From Candidatus Woesebacteria bacterium (GTDB taxonomy: Bacteria; Patescibacteriota; Microgenomatia; UBA1400; UBA1396), in contig CAVVNJ010000003.1 in assembly GCA_963749595.1 (NCBI GenBank), positions 89,532 through 153,531 of the forward strand: a DNA stretch of 64,000 nt. Reading direction: 5' to 3'. A program made the translations under genes and the position numbers. Shown here one piece after another: positions 19,336-25,954 of the stretch. The notes under the pieces were generated by a model. That model saw only the letters and a program-made list of their open reading frames with translations. It did not search any database and was not told where the DNA came from. Position 1 is the stretch's first letter; every line of letters starts with the position of its first letter.

Positions 19336-20249
19336 AAAATTGCGAAAAACTACCGGCGGATATTGCTATTGAGCGGGAAACCAAGCGGGTTATTACCGAT
19401 CATCTTTCAACCATCTATGCCACCAGTCCAGGACGGGCGATCAAAGCTGGTCGCGGTGTGATCGAATGCGAGCCGGCGAGTCCAGTGGAAGTATCACGAC
19501 ACATCCATGATTTTTTTCGTCAGGTCGATAGACTGTTGACGCAGATCGGTCTGGATTATCATCTACCACTCTCCTGCGTTAAACAGGGAAAATTATTATT
19601 CCGCCAGCTTTACACCACGGTCTCGGTGGAGTCGCAAGTTGGCGCGATTATCCAGGGTGAAGAGGCGGCACGGCAAATAGCTGATGGTAAGGTTGAGAAT
19701 ATTATGACTTTTCCGGTCGACACCAGTTCCGGTTCCCTATTTAAAAAAAGCTGTAACTTGATTTTGGCGCAAAAAAACCGCCGCACTACCGATCCGACGG
19801 TAATCTTGGTCGTTGATGACGTTGCCCATTCCGGTGCGCAAATGGCGAGCGTGGTGGAAATGTTGCATTTCAATTATGGCAAGATTCCGGTGGTAATTTC
19901 TGTCGGAGCAGTTTCAATGCGGGCCGTAGATCGAATCAGCCCGAAATTTGGACCCAGCGATCAACTGCTTTACCAGGAGAAAAAACTCTGTTTGCTGGAA
20001 TTAATCGCTAGGCTCCCCAGCCAAGAACAACGCGACCAGCTGACCAAATTGATGGATCGGTATTGGTGTTACCAAAATCGCAATAATTCCATTGGTATGA
20101 ACGCCACGCATATTGTTACCGCTTTTAAAATGCCGGATAGCATGTCTAACGGCCCACTCGGACGAATCGACTATGAGGGTGAAAGGGTGACTTTTTCCTT
20201 GGGTAAAATTGCTCGTGAACAATCAAGTCTGTACCCGTCAGCAATTTAA
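19332..20249 (+). CDS. Array paralog 18/24 (short subtype, 305 aa from the ATG at 19332)
   Basis: The track ORF starts at 19314. I prefer the ATG at 19332 because it forms the same ATGA stop/start overlap seen at three other junctions. ERETKRVITDHLSTIYA; HIHDFF; FRQLYTTVSVESQ; VVDDVAHSGAQM; VVISVGAVSMRA; ATHIVTAFKMPDSMSNG; ends LYPSAI-stop. Confidence 0.88.
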   Translation: MKNCEKLPADIAIERETKRVITDHLSTIYATSPGRAIKAGRGVIECEPASPVEVSRHIHDFFRQVDRLLTQIGLDYHLPLSCVKQGKLLFRQLYTTVSVESQVGAIIQGEEAARQIADGKVENIMTFPVDTSSGSLFKKSCNLILAQKNRRTTDPTVILVVDDVAHSGAQMASVVEMLHFNYGKIPVVISVGAVSMRAVDRISPKFGPSDQLLYQEKKLCLLELIARLPSQEQRDQLTKLMDRYWCYQNRNNSIGMNATHIVTAFKMPDSMSNGPLGRIDYEGERVTFSLGKIAREQSSLYPSAI

Positions 20250-20257
20250 GGACTTCT

Positions 20258-21172
20258 ATGAAAAATGTCGAAAAGAAAATTCGTTGGGAAAGAGAGGTTT
20301 CAAAAGATAAAATCGATTGGGAAACGCAGCGGGTAATCAACGATCACCTACCCACTATTTTTGCGGTCAACAGTCGGGAATCTGATGGACGGACTCTCTA
20401 TCCGCCAGAAGCGGTTGCGGCTCACATTCGGAGTTTTTTTGCTCTGGCTGATGCCAGTATTGACGAGGCAGGACGGGATTTGAGTTCACCGCCGCTAGTA
20501 GTTAAAACCTTCAAAATTATGTTTCGCCAACTGTTTACCGTGGCCACTATCGAGTCTCATCTCAAAGCCATTCAAGTTGGAAGAAAAACGGCACTAACTT
20601 TAGCCAGTGGGGACGCCAAAAAAGTTTTGATTTATCCCATCTGCGGTGGCTCCGGTACTATGTTTGTTGCCAGTGCCGAATTAGTTAAGCACCGCAAGGT
20701 AGCGGTTGACGAAGACAATCCGAAGGTTATTCTGTTGCTTGATGACGTTGCTCATTCCGGCAAGCAGATGCGTGAGGAAGTGGAAGACGTAATAAAACTT
20801 CATGATGTTCCAATTGTTGTTTCGGTTGGGGTGGCGACTAATCGTGCGTTGCAGCAATTATCGGAAGTCCTGACCTTACGAGACAAAATTATTTTTCAGA
20901 AAAAGGCATTGGATTTGACAGCGATGATCGCTCGGGAACGGATAGAATCTCGCCGCAGGGGTCTGAACGCTTTGGCTGAAGCCTTTTTTTATTCCCAATC
21001 AAGGAAAATCGAAAGGGCAATGCAAGCTACTCACATTATTACTCCTTTCAAATTGCCGGATATTGTTTCCAACGGTGAGCTTTGCATTATTCTTCATCAT
21101 GGTCGGTCACTGAGTTTCGCCATGAAGTATGACGATCCAGATTATAATGGCTTGTACCCCGCTGCTCTCTAA
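20258..21172 (+). CDS. Array paralog 19/24 (short subtype, 304 aa)
   Basis: DWETQRVINDHLPTIFA; HIRSFF; FRQLFTVATIESH; LLDDVAHSGKQM; IVVSVGVATNRA; ATHIITPFKLPDIVSNG; ends LYPAAL-stop. Confidence 0.9.
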   Translation: MKNVEKKIRWEREVSKDKIDWETQRVINDHLPTIFAVNSRESDGRTLYPPEAVAAHIRSFFALADASIDEAGRDLSSPPLVVKTFKIMFRQLFTVATIESHLKAIQVGRKTALTLASGDAKKVLIYPICGGSGTMFVASAELVKHRKVAVDEDNPKVILLLDDVAHSGKQMREEVEDVIKLHDVPIVVSVGVATNRALQQLSEVLTLRDKIIFQKKALDLTAMIARERIESRRRGLNALAEAFFYSQSRKIERAMQATHIITPFKLPDIVSNGELCIILHHGRSLSFAMKYDDPDYNGLYPAAL

Positions 21173-21178
21173 TATAGC

Positions 21179-21207
21179 TTGAAAAATTAAGTCTATAGGC
21201 TTATAAT
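21179..21207 (+). promoter_or_regulatory. Internal array promoter TTGAAA-N17-TATAAT, 9 nt upstream of the ATG at 21217
   Basis: TTGAAA at 21179-21184, 17-nt spacer, TATAAT at 21202-21207, in the 44-nt gap between copies 19 and 20. Confidence 0.65.
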
Positions 21208-21216
21208 CCCCCGTCT

Positions 21217-22152
21217 ATGACCAAAAAAGAAAATCCGGTTTTTTCCCGAGAGGATCAGCTGGAATTGGCTATTGAGCAAGAAACCCAACGGGTAATTGCC
21301 GATCACCTACCCACCATTTTTTCGGTCAGGAACCGTGAGACTGGAAAATTATATCAACCTCAAGACGTTGAAAAACACATTCGTTATTTTTTTTCGCAGG
21401 TGGATATGTCCATTGAACAGGCAGCGGGACGTCTATCCAATAGTTCGTTAATTCCAGAGACGGTAGTTAGACAACTGCAATTATTCTTCCGCCAACTTTA
21501 CACTGTGGCGTCAATCGAGTCTCATTACCGGGCAATTGAGGCTGGCCGGGACGCGGCTTTAAAAATGGTGGAGGGTGAGGAAAGTAGAATCGCCTGTTAT
21601 TCCGCTTCTACTATGTCAGGTCGCCTTTTCTATGAGAGCGCTAGATTGTTGTACGCTTGGGATCCATACGAAGTTCCAAAAGAAAGGCCGTCCCGAGACG
21701 TTGGTGTCATGCTGATCACTGATGACGTGGCTCATTCCGGAAAGCAGCTGCGCAGTCTGGCCAGCAATGTTCGGCACTATCACGATGTTCCGCTCATTAT
21801 TTCGGTTGGAGTAGTTACAACCCGCGGAAGAGAAAAAATCAATGAAGTGCTGGGTCGGAAAGATCTCCTAATTGCCCAGGAGGGTAGGCCTTGTCTCAAA
21901 GAGCTGATTTCCCAGGATCCTTCGACTCGGCGGCGGGAACAACTAACTCAGTTGGCCGAACAATTTTTTCGTTTCCAGTTGGAAGATCCGGAGGTCTGTT
22001 TGCGGGCGACACATATCATCACGCCCTTCAAACAGCCAGATGCTTGTTCCAATGGCAAGCTGGCTGGAGTTGTGGAAGACGGCGGCTATACCTATTTTGC
22101 GATGCGACCGGTTGATTCATATCAGGATCGTCTTTACCCAAAAGCACTGTAA
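21217..22152 (+). CDS. Array paralog 20/24 (short subtype, 311 aa)
   Basis: EQETQRVIADHLPTIFS; HIRYFF; FRQLYTVASIESH; ITDDVAHSGKQL; LIISVGVVTTRG; ATHIITPFKQPDACSNG; ends LYPKAL-stop. Confidence 0.9.
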   Translation: MTKKENPVFSREDQLELAIEQETQRVIADHLPTIFSVRNRETGKLYQPQDVEKHIRYFFSQVDMSIEQAAGRLSNSSLIPETVVRQLQLFFRQLYTVASIESHYRAIEAGRDAALKMVEGEESRIACYSASTMSGRLFYESARLLYAWDPYEVPKERPSRDVGVMLITDDVAHSGKQLRSLASNVRHYHDVPLIISVGVVTTRGREKINEVLGRKDLLIAQEGRPCLKELISQDPSTRRREQLTQLAEQFFRFQLEDPEVCLRATHIITPFKQPDACSNGKLAGVVEDGGYTYFAMRPVDSYQDRLYPKAL

Positions 22153-22158
22153 GAAGAT

Positions 22159-23055
22159 ATGAGACGACTTGAACAACTACCACCACTAACCGATCTGGAA
22201 AAAGAGACCGAGCGGGTTATCGCTGAGCACTATCCAACGATCTATTCCTTGCGCGGTATGTCCGAACGTGACTACCAGACCCCAGAAACGGTGGCCGGAC
22301 ATATTCGTTATTTCTTCAGCCAAGTTGATGAGGGCATTGACCAAGTAGGGAAGTTTATAAATTCACCGGCTCCGGTTCGCGAGCAACTTAAACTGATGTT
22401 TCGCCGCCTCTATCACGTGGCCTCAATTAAATCTCAAGTTAAGGCAATGAAAGCCGGGCATGCCGAAGCTCTCGGTCGCACTGGAGGGCAAGAAGACAAG
22501 ATATTGATTGACCGGGTTGATAGTCAATCCGGTCGTCTTTTCAAGAGTTGCCAGAGGTTGGCTTTTGGCCCATCTTCTCCGGTTTTTGGTCTCCATATTA
22601 ACCCTAAGGTTGTTTTAATCTGTGATGATGTTGCCCACTCCGGTCAGCAAATGTGCGGTACAGTTCGGCGGGTGCATCGAAGTTATCCCAATGCCGAATT
22701 AGTAATTTCGTTGGGGACCATTACCAGCCGCGCGGAGGAAAAGATTGAGGGAAACCTACTTGCAAGGGATGCGCTTATTTATCAGCAAAAAGTTTCTGAT
22801 TTATCCGAGATGATCAGTCAGGTTCGGAGTGCCAATGCCAGGGAGCAATTGCGCAGTCTAGCCGAAAAGTTTTTCCAGGTATTTGGCAAAGCACCGTGCC
22901 GCCCGATGCGGGCCACCCACATTATCACGCCTTTTAAGTTGCCGGATGGCGTATCCAATGGTTCCTTGACGAGTTTTTTTATTAATGGTCGAGATGTCAA
23001 TTTCTTGATGAGCGACTCGGTATCTGAGGACTATCTTTATCCGGAAGCTTTATAG
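22159..23055 (+). CDS. Array paralog 21/24 (short subtype, 298 aa)
   Basis: EKETERVIAEHYPTIYS; HIRYFF; FRRLYHVASIKSQ; ICDDVAHSGQQM; LVISLGTITSRA; ATHIITPFKLPDGVSNG; ends LYPEAL-stop. Confidence 0.9.
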   Translation: MRRLEQLPPLTDLEKETERVIAEHYPTIYSLRGMSERDYQTPETVAGHIRYFFSQVDEGIDQVGKFINSPAPVREQLKLMFRRLYHVASIKSQVKAMKAGHAEALGRTGGQEDKILIDRVDSQSGRLFKSCQRLAFGPSSPVFGLHINPKVVLICDDVAHSGQQMCGTVRRVHRSYPNAELVISLGTITSRAEEKIEGNLLARDALIYQQKVSDLSEMISQVRSANAREQLRSLAEKFFQVFGKAPCRPMRATHIITPFKLPDGVSNGSLTSFFINGRDVNFLMSDSVSEDYLYPEAL

Positions 23056-23067
23056 GAGCAACTCTTT

Positions 23068-24051
23068 ATGTCCAAATTTGAGTTAACCCGACGATCCGAA
23101 GCATCACTCGCCCAACAAATTGCGGCGGAAACCCAGCGTGTCATCGATGATCACGTTGGAACGATTTATGCCCTGCAACCTTGGGCCTCCGGTTCCCGCC
23201 AATACCCTTTTACTGGATTAACGCCGGAAAAATTGGCGGAGAAGCTCGCCGCCGGTCCTCAGGAAGTGGCGGCTCAGATTACTAAGTTTTTTGCCAAAGC
23301 TGATTCATTGGTGGAAAAAGTCGCTCGTGGTTTGGTCTTAAGCCCGGGAGTGACCGACCACTTTAAATTAATGTTGCGTCGGCTTTATACAGTAGCCTCG
23401 ATTGAGTCACAGATCGCGGCCATTGAAACCGGCCGTGCCGCGGCCCTCCAAATAACCAAGGGAAGAGAATCAGGAATTGGCTATTTTCCGGTTGAAAGTA
23501 AATCGGGAGAGCTTTTCAAACGCAACGTCCAATTAATTTTTACAGAGAAAATGGCGGTTTTCGACTACGACAACTGCCACGCTTTGCCCAGAATAAAAAC
23601 TATTTTAGTTATTGATGACGTAGCTCATTCGGGAAAACAAATGTTTGAACATTTAAATTACCTTCATCATCAATTTCCAAACGTGCCAGTAGTACTTTCT
23701 TTGGCGGTGATTACTAATCGCGCGGAAAAAGAGATTGTCACCCAGCTGCGCCCCGTCGACAAATTTATTTTTCAGGAAAAGCGTCCGGATCTACGGGCGA
23801 TGATTAATGAAATCGGATCAGAGAAAATTCGTTGGGAATTAACGAGATTAGCTGAGAAATTTTTTATTGCCCAGGGCCATCATTCGGCTTCTGGTCTAAG
23901 AGCCACTCATATTACAACCCCCTTTAAGCTGCCTGACATTGTTTCCAACAATATTTTAGACCAGGTTGGCGCCTGCGGCGAAGTGACTGTACCTTTTACT
24001 TTTCGCGAGGTGGTGGGAAGACGCGACCGCTTGTACCCAACGGCAATCTAG
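23068..24051 (+). CDS. Array paralog 22/24 (QGWAS-like insert subtype, 327 aa)
   Basis: AAETQRVIDDHVGTIYALQPWASGSRQYPF; QITKFF; LRRLYTVASIESQ; VIDDVAHSGKQM; VVLSLAVITNRA; ATHITTPFKLPDIVSNN; ends LYPTAI-stop. Confidence 0.9.
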   Translation: MSKFELTRRSEASLAQQIAAETQRVIDDHVGTIYALQPWASGSRQYPFTGLTPEKLAEKLAAGPQEVAAQITKFFAKADSLVEKVARGLVLSPGVTDHFKLMLRRLYTVASIESQIAAIETGRAAALQITKGRESGIGYFPVESKSGELFKRNVQLIFTEKMAVFDYDNCHALPRIKTILVIDDVAHSGKQMFEHLNYLHHQFPNVPVVLSLAVITNRAEKEIVTQLRPVDKFIFQEKRPDLRAMINEIGSEKIRWELTRLAEKFFIAQGHHSASGLRATHITTPFKLPDIVSNNILDQVGACGEVTVPFTFREVVGRRDRLYPTAI

Positions 24052-24063
24052 AGATGAGGGCAG

Positions 24064-24969
24064 ATGATGAGTCGTAAAAAAATCGAATCTGAAACCAAGC
24101 GCGTGATCGTTGATCATTTGCCAACGGTATTTGCTGCGAAAGGTTGGGTGTCTGTTGACAATATTGATCCGCACGAACTTGCCGAACGTTTAGATCAACT
24201 ACCGAAAAAAATATCTGAGCAGATAAACAAATATTTTGCCCTCGCCGACAGCTTGATTGAGCAGGCGGGCAAAACAGTTGGTGCTCAAAAAAATAACATC
24301 GAGACTTTTAAATTATTTTTCCGCCAACTTTACACCGTGGCCTCCATTGAATCCCACATTGCGGCAATTGAATCAGGAAGAAACGCGGCCTTAAAAATTA
24401 CCGGCAGTCAGGAAGAAGCAATAATTGTTTGGTCGGTTACCAGTCGTTCCGGTGGCGTGTTTTTCCGTAATTTCCAACGTTTGTCTGGCGAAGTTCAGTC
24501 TGAGGGAGTTCAAGTTAAGCCGAGGGTGATTCTCATCTTGGACGACGTTGCCCACAGTGGCGATCAAATGAGGTTGACCATTCATGACGCCAAGCAGGCC
24601 TACGCGTCACTGCCAGTGGTTGTCTCATTGGGTGTCACCACCACGCGGGCTCTCGAGGCCATGTCGCCCGCGCTAGGTCCAAGCGATCAGATTATCTATC
24701 ACTCCAAGCGACCTTGCCTTAAAGAGCTGATTGCCGATGTCCCCTCCCCGGTTGCACGAATGGAACTAATCGATCTGGCCAGAAATTTTTTCACCTTGCA
24801 AGGTTATAAGAGCATTGAAAATGCCATGATGGCTACACACATTATTACACCCTTTAAATTACCTGACTCCACTTCCAACGGGGTGCTGGGGCAGTTGTAC
24901 TTCGATCAAGATTACTTGTCATTTACCGGAGTAGGCAGTAAAGACAGAATCTACCCTTGGAGTTTCTGA
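24064..24969 (+). CDS. Array paralog 23/24 (QGWAS-like insert subtype, 301 aa)
   Basis: ESETKRVIVDHLPTVFAAKGWVSVDNIDP; QINKYF; FRQLYTVASIESH; ILDDVAHSGDQM; VVVSLGVTTTRA; ATHIITPFKLPDSTSNG; ends IYPWSF-stop. Confidence 0.9.
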   Translation: MMSRKKIESETKRVIVDHLPTVFAAKGWVSVDNIDPHELAERLDQLPKKISEQINKYFALADSLIEQAGKTVGAQKNNIETFKLFFRQLYTVASIESHIAAIESGRNAALKITGSQEEAIIVWSVTSRSGGVFFRNFQRLSGEVQSEGVQVKPRVILILDDVAHSGDQMRLTIHDAKQAYASLPVVVSLGVTTTRALEAMSPALGPSDQIIYHSKRPCLKELIADVPSPVARMELIDLARNFFTLQGYKSIENAMMATHIITPFKLPDSTSNGVLGQLYFDQDYLSFTGVGSKDRIYPWSF

Positions 24970-25931
24970 TGAAGAGTTCTGAAAAATTGTCGGCTGAAAA
25001 AAGTATTGATTGCCGAATCGCCGCCGAAACAGAGCGGGTTGTCCGCGACCATGTGTCAACTATTTTTGCGGTGCAGGGAATTATCTCCGATGATCAACCT
25101 TTTCCCTACACCAAGCTCAAGGCCTACCAGATTGTCGATGCGGTCACCACGGCTCCAGAGAGGGCAGAAAAACATATCCGCGAGTTTTTTGCCAAAGCCG
25201 ATTTGATGATTGATCAAGAGGCCGCAGCCTTATCTCTTGATCCAGCGGTAGCTGGCGAATTAAAACTCATGTTCCGGCGATTGTATACGGTTGTTGATAT
25301 TGAATTGCAGATTAAGGCGATGATGAAGGGTAGGTCCTTGGCCCTGAAGATGGTTGGTGGAAAAGAAAAAAATTTACTCTGTTTCGCGATCAGTTCACGA
25401 TCTGGTAATTTATTTAGGCGCAGCCAACAGTTGCTATTCCGCAGCGATCCTTTCGCCAATGCCGAGGCCGATATTAAAGCTTTGCTAGTAACGGACGATG
25501 TCTCCCACTCTGGGGACCAGATGGAGGGGGTAATTGGGGTGCTCAAGGCGGCCTATCCCACCATCCCAATTGTTGTTTCGTTGTCCGCGATTACGACCCG
25601 AGCCAAAACTCGTCTTGCCGACAGACTTAGTGGCGGCCAAGATAGGCTGTTATTCCAAGCCCATCGGCTTTGTCTGAGCGAAATGATTAAGCAGGTAAAA
25701 TCTGAAGCAAAAAGGGATAAATTAACGAATTTAGCGCGCGCCTTTATTAATCGTCAGGGAAAAGTTTTTGACGAAGTAATGGAGGCCACTCATATCATTA
25801 CCCCTTTCAAGCTACCGGACGAGCTGTCCAATGGTGAGCTGGCGACCATTGATGAAGGTGGGTACCCGATTTATTTCACTTTTTGCTGTGTCGGCTATCC
25901 CAATGATCGTCTTTATCCCAAGGCAATCTGA
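24969..25931 (+). CDS. Array paralog 24/24 (QGWAS-like insert subtype, 320 aa from the ATG at 24969)
   Basis: The track ORF starts at a TTG (24957). I prefer the ATG at 24969, which overlaps the TGA of copy 23 by 1 nt (TGATG). AAETERVVRDHVSTIFAVQGIISDDQPFPY; HIREFF; FRRLYTVVDIELQ; VTDDVSHSGDQM; IVVSLSAITTRA; ATHIITPFKLPDELSNG; ends LYPKAI-stop. Confidence 0.88.
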   Translation: MKSSEKLSAEKSIDCRIAAETERVVRDHVSTIFAVQGIISDDQPFPYTKLKAYQIVDAVTTAPERAEKHIREFFAKADLMIDQEAAALSLDPAVAGELKLMFRRLYTVVDIELQIKAMMKGRSLALKMVGGKEKNLLCFAISSRSGNLFRRSQQLLFRSDPFANAEADIKALLVTDDVSHSGDQMEGVIGVLKAAYPTIPIVVSLSAITTRAKTRLADRLSGGQDRLLFQAHRLCLSEMIKQVKSEAKRDKLTNLARAFINRQGKVFDEVMEATHIITPFKLPDELSNGELATIDEGGYPIYFTFCCVGYPNDRLYPKAI

Positions 25932-25937
25932 TTTTTT

Positions 25938-25946
25938 TGGTACAAT
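25938..25946 (+). promoter_or_regulatory. Extended -10 promoter TGgTACAAT, 8 nt upstream of the metG ATG
   Basis: TG at 25938-25939, TACAAT at 25941-25946, ATG at 25955. It lies in the 23-nt gap after the last array copy. Confidence 0.5.
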
Positions 25947-25954
25947 AGCCTCTC

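Noticed and set aside
2981-25931. The regular ~0.9-1.0 kb periodicity might have been a CRISPR-like or other non-coding repeat array.
   Set aside because: The period equals one full-length ORF. Similarity is at the protein-motif level, with diverged DNA. There are no short direct repeats with unique spacers.
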